A DNA stretch of 63,627 bases, filler included, from Octopus bimaculoides (GCF_001194135.2; 7 parts of 7 records of this genome joined end to end with filler, not necessarily neighbours in it), one strand, 5' to 3'; positions 44,011-58,161 are shown, counted from the first letter of the whole stretch. Notes: a model not told the origin generated them from the sequence alone. A program made the numbers and translations.

Positions 44011-45009
44011 CAGGGGCTGGACAAAATAATGGAAACACCTAGCATCATACTATCATAATATTGAAATATCTATAAAACCGTCAAAAGCTTGTTTACTTTT
44101 TTGTATTTTGATTTATTAATAGTGTTGCTGAATATGTTTTGCTAAAATTGCTGTTTCTTTTCAGATATCATCAGAAAAGGTTATTAAAATGACAGATCTA
44201 TCGGACTCTCACAGAAGTCAAATTATTGGTACTCATATGACAGGCGTTAGCGTAAGGAAAACAGCCGAAATGTTTGGTGTATCAAGAAGTACTGTCTCGA
44301 AAGTAATGACAGCCTTTGCGAAAGAGGGCTGCAATCAGAGAACCACTACTTTCAAAAACAGACGTTGCAAAGCGTTTAGAGTGGAGTCAAAACCTAAAGA
44401 ATTGGCCGTAGAGCAGTTGAAGAATGTTATTTATTTCCTTTACCTTACCGACCACCGGCCGAGTATAAGTGTGGAGACAGCCAAAAGAAGTATTTGAACC
44501 AGACTGCCTTCTTCCAGCTGTTAAACATGGAGGAAAATTTCTAATGATCTGGTGCGGGGCTATATCTTGGAAATCCGCCGGACCAATGGTTTCCCTTCAT
44601 GGCAGAATTAATAGTTAAAACTATTTAAGCATTTTATCTGCTCAAATTCATCCTATGGTTGCGGAACTGTTTCCGGAATGAAACGCAATCTTTCAGGATG
44701 ATATTGCACCAATTCACACAGCTAAAGTTGTTACTGAATGGCACGAGAAACATAAGTTGAACATCTTATCTGGCCACCACCGTCCCCAGATCTCAATGTT
44801 CTTGAAAATTTATGGTGCATTTTAGAAAAACAAGTAAGGAGTCGATATCCTCTACCATCAGAACTGGAGACTGTTTCAGCTGAAGAATGAACAAAAATTC
44901 CTTGGAAACAATACAAACTTTGCACGAGTCCATACCTCGTAGAATTCAAGTTGTACTTACAGCCAAATGTAGTCCTGCCCCATATTAAAATAAATTTGTT
45001 TGAAATTTT
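44011..45009 (+). mobile_element. Tc1-family transposon (DD34E type), decayed, right end in gap
   Basis: TA then TIR CAGGGGCTGGACAAAATAATGGAAACACC. ATG at 44189 gives MTDLSDSHRSQIIG...GVSRSTVSKVM, then VKHGG, IFQDDIAPIH, WPPPSPDLNVLENLW. Internal deletion near 44329. Confidence 0.9.
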
Positions 45010-45908
45010 NNNNNNNNNNNNNNNNNNNNNNNNNNNNNNNNNNNNNNNNNNNNNNNNNNNNNNNNNNNNNNNNNNNNNNNNNNNNNNNNNNNNNNNNNNN
45101 NNNNNNNNNNNNNNNNNNNNNNNNNNNNNNNNNNNNNNNNNNNNNNNNNNNNNNNNNNNNNNNNNNNNNNNNNNNNNNNNNNNNNNNNNNNNNNNNNNNN
45201 NNNNNNNNNNNNNNNNNNNNNNNNNNNNNNNNNNNNNNNNNNNNNNNNNNNNNNNNNNNNNNNNNNNNNNNNNNNNNNNNNNNNNNNNNNNNNNNNNNNN
45301 NNNNNNNNNNNNNNNNNNNNNNNNNNNNNNNNNNNNNNNNNNNNNNNNNNNNNNNNNNNNNNNNNNNNNNNNNNNNNNNNNNNNNNNNNNNNNNNNNNNN
45401 NNNNNNNNNNNNNNNNNNNNNNNNNNNNNNNNNNNNNNNNNNNNNNNNNNNNNNNNNNNNNNNNNNNNNNNNNNNNNNNNNNNNNNNNNNNNNNNNNNNN
45501 NNNNNNNNNNNNNNNNNNNNNNNNNNNNNNNNNNNNNNNNNNNNNNNNNNNNNNNNNNNNNNNNNNNNNNNNNNNNNNNNNNNNNNNNNNNNNNNNNNNN
45601 NNNNNNNNNNNNNNNNNNNNNNNNNNNNNNNNNNNNNNNNNNNNNNNNNNNNNNNNNNNNNNNNNNNNNNNNNNNNNNNNNNNNNNNNNNNNNNNNNNNN
45701 NNNNNNNNNNNNNNNNNNNNNNNNNNNNNNNNNNNNNNNNNNNNNNNNNNNNNNNNNNNNNNNNNNNNNNNNNNNNNNNNNNNNNNNNNNNNNNNNNNNN
45801 NNNNNNNNNNNNNNNNNNNNNNNNNNNNNNNNNNNNNNNNNNNNNNNNNNNNNNNNNNNNNNNNNNNNNNNNNNNNNNNNNNNNNNNNNNNNNNNNNNNN
45901 NNNNNNNN

Positions 45909-45945
<37 letters not shown>

Positions 45946-47735
45946 ATATATTCACATAAGTTCATTGTCACATATCTGTAACAGATGTATATATGATAAG
46001 TATAAACGTTAACTGTCCCTATTCTTTTTATTTCACACTTGGTTATCCCTGATATATCAGCCAAATCTCAAACGCTTTCCTGTCATGTCAACAATGTAAT
46101 TTTTAACAGATGTTGTTAGTATAGTCCACTGTGTCCTTGTTTAGAGATGTTAGTGTATGCCCTGAGGCTGTTATTTCTAGTAGATCGAGCAACTACATTG
46201 GGGCTTCTAGAAACTTTTGAAATTGCTTTTCTCTCGAATTTCCCTGTATTAAACGTTATCTACTAGATTAACTCTGGATGAAGTGTAGATTCTAGTTAGC
46301 CTAGTCACCAACTAATTTCGTTAAACTTCTTTTCAGTCGCAGGTTGATCGATCACCTAACATGAGTTTGTTCCGCCCGCAGTAAACATAATACTAAAATG
46401 GGGAACAACATTTAAATTGTCAAATTAGCTTTAAAATGTTACGTGTGTCGACCGATCTACATGTAGTTGAACGGATACAGAGTTGACAATGATTTTCCGG
46501 CGACATATGGACAAGTAACACTGTTAGCTCATTTAGTTATTTCTGAAATTCATGCATGCATGGTGTGCAAGAGGGCGCATGGACTAATGTTTAGGGTGTT
46601 GCACTCACGATGACAAGATCTGTGGTTCAATTCCCGGACCGAGTTCTTCATTGTGTTCTTGAGAAAAACACCACATCTCACGTTGCTCTGCGATCACTTA
46701 ACACATAACAAGTGGCACAGGTAACGTCAATTTGCTGGTGAGAGTGAGCTAATGTGCAGGACGAACATTTGATTACTATAAACAAATCATCTATGCACGT
46801 TTTCGTCAACAAATTACAGAACCGTCTTTCTCGGACACGAAAAATTATCCTCATATTTTATATAAGTTACTATACAGTAACACCTTACACCTTCTCAAAC
46901 ACCAATTGCTGACGTCACCTCGGACCAAACCAATGAAATCTTTCTCCTATCAAATCAGAAATCCCAGGAAAAACAAATAGTGACTTCTTAAGGAAACCGA
47001 CCAACTGGAACGCTAGATGACCCTCAGGAAAACCAAGTTACCGAGTCTCTGCTAGGGAGTTTACTAAGTGGAATGCTGAACTTTGGCAAAACAAAAAATT
47101 TTTGTCCAAAACGGAAAATATTTTTGATCAAAATAAGTGACGTCACAAGACCTGAAACCAATCAGAACTTGTTCCTTGACCGTGGGCAATTAGAAATGGA
47201 CGTCATCAGGAAGCCAACCAACCAAAATGCTAGACTTGGCCAAAACAAAAATACTTTAACCAAAACATCGACGAGAAAGAAAAAAAACATCATCAAAATT
47301 ATACCCAATGAGAAGTTGATCCTTTACCGTAAAATCATATGCGTCGAAAGAGATTTGGATTTATAACATTTGGAACTTTAACAAGCTAAGAAAGGGAAGA
47401 GACCCGTGAAAAAAAAAACTACTCTCACCTCGACAGGAATTGTAAAAAAATAAAACAATTTCTTTCTTTCTCCATGTTTCTTTCTTTCTACCACAATTTT
47501 CTAAATTGAATCTCAATATGGCTGAACTTTCAACAATGTACATTTGTTATGATCTTCACCAAACATTTCGTCGTTCGAAAAATGGTTCGTTTTCTATGTT
47601 TTTGTTTTTATGTTTTCGTTTTCTCGTTGTGCCTACGTTTTTTGATGTCTTGTACCCATATATGCATGTATATATACATATGTATGTAGGTATGTACATA
47701 TAGATATGTATATATGTATATATTTATATATTATT

Positions 47736-47792
<57 letters not shown>

Positions 47793-48104
47793 AGTATGTA
47801 TATATATATATATATGTATAGATGTGATCACATAAGTGCAAAAGAAGGCGGAAAAATAGTACACGAATACCAAGCTGCAAAATTATCACAGAACTGTTAC
47901 TCAGAGTTTTACGTTCCCGTTCATGGGACAGTTACGATAAATATATGTATGTGTATGTAGGAGTGGCTATGTGGTAAGTAGCTTGCTTACCCTGCCACAT
48001 GGTTCCGGATTCAGTCCCACTGCGTGTTCCCTTGGGCAAGTGTCTTCTACTATAGCCTCGGGCCGACCAAAGCGTTGTGCGCGGAAAGTGAAAGTAGCCC
48101 GTTG

Positions 48105-48157
<53 letters not shown>

Positions 48158-48180
48158 ATATATATATACATATATGTGTT

Positions 48181-48243
<63 letters not shown>

Positions 48244-48716
48244 TGTGTATGTTTGTGTGTCTGTGTTTGTCTCCACACCATCGTTTGACAACCGATGCTG
48301 GCGCGTTTACGTTCTCGTAACTTAGCTGCTCGACAAAAGGCGGTGCTTCAGCACCGCCATGAAGGATTTTAGTTGAACAAATCGACACCAGGAGTTATTC
48401 TTTTTTAAGCCTTGTACTTATTCTATCGCCCTCTGTTGCAAATCTGTTTCGGGACGTAAACACACCAGCGCCAGTTGTCAAGCGGTGATGGGGGACAAAC
48501 ATAAGTACAAGGGCAGACACACACATACACACATACATACACGCACACATATACGGCGGGCTTCTCTCAGCTTCCGTTTATCAAATTCACCGACAAGCAT
48601 CTGGTCGGCCCGAGGCTATAGTTGAGGATACTTGACCAAGATGTTACGCAGTGGGACTGAAACCGGAACCATGTGGTTCAGAAGCAAACTTCTTACCACA
48701 AAGACATGCTCGCGCC

Positions 48717-48750
<34 letters not shown>

Positions 48751-49687
48751 NNNNNNNNNNNNNNNNNNNNNNNNNNNNNNNNNNNNNNNNNNNNNNNNNN
48801 NNNNNNNNNNNNNNNNNNNNNNNNNNNNNNNNNNNNNNNNNNNNNNNNNNNNNNNNNNNNNNNNNNNNNNNNNNNNNNNNNNNNNNNNNNNNNNNNNNNN
48901 NNNNNNNNNNNNNNNNNNNNNNNNNNNNNNNNNNNNNNNNNNNNNNNNNNNNNNNNNNNNNNNNNNNNNNNNNNNNNNNNNNNNNNNTATGTATGTGTAT
49001 ATATATATAATGCAGTTGCACGTGCCTTTTGATAGCACATCAGGTGCAGACTCGTTCAGAAACTTAACTTCTTTGTAAACATTAAATGGACAATAATAGT
49101 AAAAAAAACAAACACATATAAAATCCAGAACAATAAAAAGGAGAGGGATACTCTAGAAAAGAAGAACAATGTAAATATTTAGTAATGGCTATACTTAAAG
49201 ATATTTCTATCACTATTTGTATTCCATAATGTCGAGTATTCAACGAAGAAAGCCAACGTGTCTATGACCTTGTTCTGTATATGACTTTGGGTTTATTTCA
49301 ACCGAAAGCTTTTGTTTAGTCATTGATGACAGCTGATTGATGCTGGTGCAACAGTTAATAAACTAGTTTTTCTATTCACGTAAATTGAACAATCGCATGC
49401 AAACTCAGACTTAACGATCCGCCGGAAAACGGTGGGAACCTTCCGGAAATATTTTAACTACGGGATAATCTTTTGAAGGAAGAGCATGTGGGTTGTTGAT
49501 GTAACTTGGTTTGAGTTGGTTTTCTATCATTATACGTATGTGTGTCGGTGACATGGTCGAGTGGTTGCTTAATTCATTTCGCAGTCGTAAGTCTCTGGTT
49601 TCGATCTCATCGTGTAGCTTCTTAGACAAATATCTTTTAAAATTGCTCTTGGGTCGACCCGAAGCTTATGAGGGACACTGGTTAGAC

Positions 49688-50173
49688 TAGGGGTCACCAA
49701 ACGTTTTCGACCATCGACCTTCTTTAGTCACTTCTCATTCCGCATCGACCACTCTCGTCATTTAGAATATCTTAATACCCTACCCTACCGTACCATATCT
49801 TAAATGCGTACCGGGTACTGATCATGGCAATTAAAATGTTGTCTAACAAGTACGACAAACTGAGAAATTCTATTGAAGACGACACTCTTTTAAATTTAAA
49901 ACTACATGTACGAATAAACAGTATTAAACTTTCAATTTTTATGAAAATGCTTTTACGGTTAGAAAAAAGGAAAAACGCATCATATTGCTGGAGTGTCTTT
50001 CATTGAAATAGATAACATCAATGTGAGGGATGAGCATAGCACTGACTAAGTATTTCAAGCAGTTTATCACGATGAGCTGGTCTTTTGCACTCCGACCCCT
50101 TCGCTATCATCGACCCCCTGTAATTCCTCACCGACCCCAACGGAGTCCGTCGGACACCCTTAGACAACCTCTG
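49688..50173 (+). mobile_element. hAT-type non-autonomous element with 8-bp TSD
   Basis: Ends TAGGGGTCACCAAAC and GACAACCTCTG. Flanks GGTTAGAC / GATTAGAC match 7 of 8. The interior KLRNSIEDDTLLNL resembles a hAT dimerisation-domain tail. Confidence 0.7.
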
Positions 50174-50498
50174 GATTAGACGGAAACTACGTAGAAGCTC
50201 GTCGTACAAACTATTATTGTAATTTAAAATCAGCCTCATCATTCACTGTGTCATGCTGAATCTACACAAGAATTACTTGTAATCGTGTCTTTAGAATACT
50301 TAAATAATTTCAGTGAGTAAACAAATTAAACTGATGGAATAACTGCAATACTCGTCCATATACATTCTTATGTACAAACCCACGCACGATCGTTTACGCA
50401 CGTATGTATGCAAGTATATAGGAGTCTATGTATATATATATTTAAGGCTGGCTGACTGGATAGATCGATATGGAAGAATGTGTTTATATACAAACGTC

Positions 50499-50715
50499 CG
50501 AGGGCGTTCTGGAAAGTTTCTGGCTTTAAGGGTGTCGCGAAAGGCCTGATTGGAGGCCTAACGTTCCGAGTTCTTTTACAGGGCTTAGAAAAACTGAACA
50601 ACCGCTGCTGTAAGTGAGTGAATCTGAGAAAGGAATATGATGGATAAAATCATACTTCACTGATGCTCCTGTGTCTTCGTTTACCAAAAGCCAGGAACTT
50701 TTCAGCACTCTCTTG
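50499..50715 (+). mobile_element. Mariner-derived MITE (irritans-like TIR)
   Basis: Left CGAGGGCGTTCTGGAAAGTTTCTGGCTTT, right AAAGCCAGGAACTTTTCAGCACTCTCTTG-TA. A related end is at 58041-58108 (minus) and a TIR at about 63292-63322. Confidence 0.75.
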
Positions 50716-52183
50716 TATATATGTATATATGTGTGCATTTGATTATGTGTTTGTATGTATGCATGTATGTGTATACACACACACATACACTCACACATAC
50801 ACATATTTATATATGTCATTGCTATTCTGTTAAACTGTCGTATGTCCAAATTTGGTCAAATGCATGTTTTTCAATATTCACTTTTGCTTGCAATAGCCGG
50901 TTCTTTTGGTCAAACTATCGCATCTCCAGCTGCTTGAGTTACCAAGATATCCAAAAATGTCAAAGTATAGTACAACGGTTTTGCTATGGAATGGTCAAAC
51001 TATTTTTTTCGTTTTTTGAAAAAGCAACGTTTTGAACTTTTGCATAATAGCAACGATATATATATATATAGGAACAAAAAGATGACACCGGAAAGAAACA
51101 AAGGTTATGTAATGAACTTCATTAGCTTACATCTGTTTCTGCTAGAGGATGTGGTGGACTTAGTTGAGTCCTACAGCTTCGTCAGAGCCTTGATTATGAA
51201 GCGGACTTTATTTGGGAAAATTAGATTTTTAGAACATACAGGCGTTAGGAGTGAAAACGTTGATGTTGATGTCTAAGGAGAGATCTGTCCAAATGTAGAA
51301 AAAAGTATGCAAAATATGCAAGCATTTATACCAGAATGGAATTTTTAAAAAAAGAAAAACTTACGCAGACATATAGTCACGCAGGGAGATCAGAGATACA
51401 TGGGTAGACGAGCACACGTATACACACATACATAGATTTATATGTGCCCCTACAAAGGGTATTCATACACACAACCACACACACACACAGAACAGAGATA
51501 GAGAACGTGTGTGTGTATACATATATGCAGTCACGCATATGTATGTGGTTCAGATACGTATATATAGTGACAAATATTTTGGTGAACGTAGGGAGAGTGG
51601 AGGACGGAATGTTTGTCGCTATGCCTAAGCGAAATATTTATATATATGTGTGTGTGTTGTCTTACTGGCAACTGGGCAAGTTTAGAACTTACAAAGAATA
51701 ATTGGTTTGATGGTTACCGAACAAATAGAAAATTTCAGACAGATTTGGTGTTTTACAATTCAGTGATCAAATCCTCTCACGTAAGAAAAGAATTGACCTC
51801 TCTTATATGTTTTTATTATTTTCTGATGCACTTTAGTGTCTTGGCACGCATTTACTTTGAGTGAACCTAACCACTCCTATCACTTCTATATGAACGTGGA
51901 TGCCTCCAAGCTTATTCACGTGAAAATACTCAGAAAACAAACTTTTTCAGATGAACTAAATGTAGACAGATTTGCCAGTCGAGTTCACACTTTCAACCAC
52001 GTAGAACATACTTGATCATCGCTTGGATGTAATTCACTCATTAATTCTTTAGCGTTACGATGAATCCCACTTTCAGATTTAGTAACATTATTTGTAACAC
52101 ATTCAAATCAAATTGTCAAACTTTCCACTAAACGAAAATAAATATTGTAAGAGGATGAAAAAAGGATGGGGTAGAGGAGGTGG

Positions 52184-52328
52184 AGAAGAAGAAGAAGAAG
52201 AAGAAGAAGAAGAAGAAGAAGAAGAAGAAGAAGAAGAAGAAGAAGAAGAAGAAGAAGAAGAAGAAGAAGAAGAAGAAGAAGAAGAAGAAGAAGAAGAAGA
52301 AGAAGAAGAAGAAGAAGAAGAAGAAGAA
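52184..52328. repeat. (GAA)n microsatellite
   Basis: Direct reading. Confidence 0.97.
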
Positions 52329-53302
52329 CTGAAAAGAGAAACGGGAACAATAATATGCTACCAGCAAGTAAATCTTCAGATATAATTTGTCCTTTTAAAG
52401 TCCACTTGAAAATATTCGTAACGTAGAGTTACCTTTCTGTAATTTACACCATGGCACATCATTCAACGCAGTTGCATTTTAAATATCAAATTGCTTTGAC
52501 AGAAATCAGCAGTGTTATAGAATTCCTGGAATCTAGCATTTCTTTTCATTTTTACCTTAGATCTTGCGATTTAATTTCACGCGAGTTCTGTTCCCGCCCA
52601 TTGCAAATATTCAACTATTTCTTCTGCAATCAAAGCCGAATTTCATTTTCGAAACAATTATTTCCAATAGACTGAGGAATTAATGAAATTACATCTGATT
52701 CAGCGACTATCGTAGAAGCAATTTGTGTTTCAAACGATCCAAGAGATGACGACATGCGGATCAGTTGAAAACAGTTATTGACCCGGCTATCTGTCTTGCA
52801 TCAATGCTGTCATGAACTTTCCACTGACATGAAGTTACTGATGATGATGATGCTCTGATGGAAATATTCTTTTACATTTTCCATCAAGTGATTGCTTTAA
52901 TTATAAAAGCCATCGCTTATGAAGGAATGTCATTTCCTATACGACTTATTCGGATTATATTCTTAGTATGTAAACATATACATTATCAGTGTGGTTATTG
53001 ACTTTTATAAAGCTTTCTTCTTTCTAAGTTTGATTAGTGAAGCAATAGCAAACAATTTGCAGTTGTTTTCCTAAAAGTAGGAAAGGACATTTTGACAAAT
53101 AGTAAATCATGCAAAGTCTGAGAATAATGACGGGATAAGCATAGCTGGAACGTCTCTGATCACGTCTTCTAGGACGTATGACTCGGACAAGGGTTGACCA
53201 AGATTTCAAGTAGCTGTTGTATAACAAGAGCAACAACTTGAAATCTTACAATAATAAAACTGGCATATGTCTGGATAATTGCAACGCTCGCTGCTGCTAT
53301 TG

Positions 53303-53367
<65 letters not shown>

Positions 53368-54037
53368 ACTACTGCTACTACTGCTGCTGCTGCTGCTGCT
53401 GCTATTGCTGATACCGTTGTTAATTGCTTCAAATATACGTACTTGTGTACAATAATTCCTTTGACCAGAACCTAACATTTGGGGACGTGTTGTTGTAAAT
53501 AGCTAAGTGTATCACAATTCAATTGGAATGACAAGTCCAAATATAATTAAAAGGCTGCTACATGTGGCGTTTACACAAGAAAGGGAGGGAAAATTCAACA
53601 CAGAGAACAGTAAGTTAAACGGATACCCGATATCACTCAGAAGTACGTAGAGTTAAGAAACGTAAGAGAACTCCCAGATATTAACTATTGCCCACACTTC
53701 CTGCATCGCTCATTCTTCCACTTCAAATACCGTTGTCTAAATTTTTTGCTTTATTGTCACAAATATAATTACAATTATTAACGTTGCTAATACTAAGTGA
53801 TCAAAATCAGGCTTGTGTGCGTGGGATGTAATAAATTTAGAAGTTTGGGAAGCATTTAATTCTATATGTGATGGTATTTTCTAGTCTGTGCTGTTTGGTG
53901 CTGTCCCTTTGATCATTTTGACCAAACTGTCTCTTTTTAAAGAAAGTCTAACATTGGTACGTGCGAGTGGATGAATGTGAGAGAGAGAGTATGCGTAAGT
54001 GTGTGCATACGTACACACACGCACGAATACACACAGA

Positions 54038-54076
<39 letters not shown>

Positions 54077-55013
54077 TTCCCAGTGGAACTTTAAAAAATC
54101 CAAGGAGGAAAGAATTTGTTTCAATCCTTTCGACCTCATCTATCACATGAACCCCTTCGCCACAACCACGAAACAGAGGAACACTGCCTGCTCTGCCAAG
54201 TTAAAGATGGTTAGTTGATCGATCCTCTTGATAGACTGGGCCGATTTGCAGATTTGTCTTCTACGAAACCAAAGTTTTTCTACATAAGTGGCTAAATAAA
54301 CAACCATCTTAAAAAAGCAGGATTCCATATGCTTGAAAATGAGTTGATGACCATGACTAAAAACCCTTTGATCAATAGTTTGATCAATGTGGCTAAATAG
54401 CAGCAGCCGTAGCATCAATATGTACAACAATGACGACAACAACAACAGCTCAATCATTCCGTGACCTGTTAGAAATAGTAGCCAAATCTCTCTTAAATCA
54501 CACTCAATTCTCTTTAAAAAAGGGGGTTGAAGATGTATCGTTTAAAAAAACCTCTTATATACCATCGCTGTAAACAAACATTGGATGGCCACGGTCGGCA
54601 TTATTAACCTGGAGACTTACAGCAACAACGACGGCATAAAAGTTTAAAATCCGGCACATTTCAACTAAGAACCAACAAAGATGAAGCAAAATATTGTGAA
54701 GGATGCATTGGATAATGTAGTTCTTGTTATATTATGTCTGGAAAATACCCAGAGGGTTATAGATGGAATCTGATCCCAAGTTAGCTTCAGGAATTGATCT
54801 GGTGCAATGACTTATGCATATATTGTTATACTTAATCTTTTAGTTGCAAATGCTGTATTGCTAAACATCAAGGTGGAATGGCGTATAAGATAAGTACTGA
54901 CTGATTACACCAATGATCAAAGGCATCCGAAAGGTCTCCATTTTCTCTAAATTATATTACTTGTTCGTCCTTTGTGTCTTAGTACAATAGGATGTAATTC
55001 GTAAGAGACTGGT

Positions 55014-55368
55014 GGAGGCGCAATGGCCCAGTGGTTAGGGCAGCGGACTCACGGTCATTGGATCGCGGTTTCGATTCCCAGACCGGGCGTTGTGAGTCTT
55101 TATTGACCGAAAACACCTAAAAGCTCCACGAGACTCCGGCAGGGGATGGTGGCGAACCCTGCTGTACTCTTTCACCACAACATTCTCTCACTCTTACTTC
55201 CTGTTTCTGTTGTGCCTGTAATTCAAAGGGCCAGCCTTGTCACACTGTGTCACGCTGAATATCCCTGAGAACTACATTAAGGGTACACGTGTCTGTGGAG
55301 TGCTCAGCCACTTGCACGTTAATTTCACGAGCAGGCTGTTCCGTTGATCGGATCAACTGGAACCCTCG
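55014..55368 (+). mobile_element. tRNA-derived SINE, same family as 59605
   Basis: Near-identical head and body. Truncated by a gap. Confidence 0.9.
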
Positions 55369-56913
55369 NNNNNNNNNNNNNNNNNNNNNNNNNNNNNNNN
55401 NNNNNNNNNNNNTTAATTAATTAANNNNNNNNNNNNNNNNNNNNNNNNNNNNNNNNNNNNNNNNNNNNTATATATATATATATACACTTTCTAATCGTCA
55501 ATATACATATATATATATATGTTCTTCGATCACCGTTCTTTCTCCCCCTTTTGTTATCTCCCCCTTTTCTTAGCTCTCCTGTGTAAAAAAATTTCTAACT
55601 TCCGGTCAGCCATAGCTATGATTGACCGTTGACCGAACACTATTCAATTTTTTTTCTCCGTGTTTTTCTCCTTGTCTCCGTATTCTTTCTGTTGAAGGGC
55701 GTAGCTCGAAACGTTAAAGACTTTCCGTATTCCCGAGCGTCATACTAATACATCCTTTTGTTGTTTACACCACCTGTCCTCGTCTGTTGTTGTTTTTTCG
55801 TACATTCTCCTATATATATATATATATACACTTTCTAATCGTCAATATACATATATATATACTTATATATATATATAGATATATAGATATACATGTATGT
55901 ATATTGCCTTGTTTTTGGGCCCTCGGTTTCCACAAGGAGACGAGAGCTCAAATTGAGTACTCGGAACTACGTAATAACTCTCCGGTTACAGCTGTTTCTG
56001 CTATAAGGAACTGCACAATCAGGGTGACACATTATAGACGCTGACTGGCATTCAGCTCTGGAATTCAACATTTTTCTTTAGCAGAAACGTAGCCAATAAA
56101 AAGTGATTACATAGCTCCGGTTCTTTCGTCGTTCATATATTAATTAAGAATATGCTCCATACAGACCTGTTGGTCTATATAAGAGCCCGGAGTGGAGAGC
56201 ATTAGACAATACCGATCTCCTTGCCTTTGGCCCCTTACAATGAGGTATAAGCATTTTGAGTGTATGCATGTATGTGTGTATCACCCCTCTCCACCACACA
56301 AACTTGTTTAATCAAACACGAGCAAGCGGGTAAATAGTAATTTCAAATTCTGCCACAAGGCCAGCAAGTTCGGGGAAGAGCATAAGTCAATTAAAGCGAC
56401 CTCAATGCTGAACTGGTAATTATTTTATCGACCTTGAAAGGATGAAAAAGCAAAGCCAGCATCGGCGAAATTTGAACTCAGAGCTCAAAGACGGTCGAAA
56501 TGCCGCGAAGCATTTTCCCCAGTACGTTAACAATTCGGCCACCGCGCGGCCTTAATACATGATGATAATGCTCATGTGTATAAAGTATGTGTGTGTATGT
56601 ATGCTTGTATGCATGCGTAAGGATGTTAGTGTATGCACGTGTGTATGTATTCAGGTATGTATGTTTGTATTTATGCATGTACCAATGTGTATGCACCCGT
56701 ATGCATGCATGCATGTATATACGTTTGTATACATGTATGTATGCATATATGTAAGCATGTATGAATGCACGTATTATTATATTTCACTTGTTTCAGTCAT
56801 TAGACTGCGGCCATGCTGGGGCATCGCCTTGAAGAGCTTAGTCGAAAAATCTTCCCCAGTACTTCTTTTAAGTTTGGTACTTATTCTATTGGTGTCCTTT
56901 GTCGAACCGCTGC

Positions 56914-56944
<31 letters not shown>

Positions 56945-56953
56945 AGAGAGAGC

Positions 56954-57028
<75 letters not shown>

Positions 57029-57826
57029 AGAGAGGAACGTTTTAAGATGGATATATTCGCAGAAAGTGTAGCTTCTCTTGGACTCGTGACTGTTGTATCA
57101 TGTCATAGTTATATTTCGATGCTTATGCTTTTGCAAAGCAAGAACAGGAGATAAATCCCAGAGCCAGAGATAGCTACGTAATAACAAATGAATAAAAGAG
57201 ACAAAAGAAGCCATTAAACAACCAAGATGTGACCGAAAATGTCGATTGTGTCACATTACTACGAAATATATTACAAACATAATCTGTAGTTGCCCGAAAA
57301 TCTCATATAGGTATTATCTTCGAATCTCGCATGATGTTGCTGCTATACAATATATAAACAATATTACAATGCCATCTGTTGGAAGAACAACTCTAAGATA
57401 TATATATAGATCATACTTTCTGTTATTGCATGAATGTATGTATATACATTAATATATATCGCTTCATCAGAAGCGATAAATCTTTCGTTTCATATTTCGA
57501 AAACAATATTTAAACAGTGGAAAAAGAAAAGCACGCTTGGTTTACCAGCTGACGATCGGAAACCAGAAACTCTAATGTACTATATATATATATAATAAAT
57601 CTCTGAGCGAGGTATAAACAGTAGCTGTACGACATCGTGAAATATATTTGCCACCTAAATGTGGCTAACCCTTAATGCTTGATGCTACTGTAGCTTGTAG
57701 CCCCAGGAAGACATCTCCTCCAGCTGGCTATTGATTGACACACTTTCTGTGGCCTATCAGTATTTGCAAAAGGAAGTCATCCTTCCCATCTCCAGCCTAG
57801 CGTGATACACACGGACCCGAGTGTGT

Positions 57827-57866
<40 letters not shown>

Positions 57867-58107
57867 NNNNNNNNNNNNNNNNNNNNNNNNNNNNNNNNNN
57901 NNNNNNNNNNNNNNNNNNNNNNNNNNNNNNNNNNNNNNNNNNNNNNNNNNNNNNNNNNNNNNNNNNNNNNNNNNNNNNNNNNNNNNNNNNNNNNNNNNNN
58001 NNNNNNNNNNNNNNNNNNNNNNNNNNNNNNNNNNNNNNNNAACCTTTGGGCCTCCAACTAAGCTTTTAGCAATGCCCTTAAAGCCAGGAACTTTTCAGCA
58101 ACCCCTT

Positions 58108-58161
<54 letters not shown>

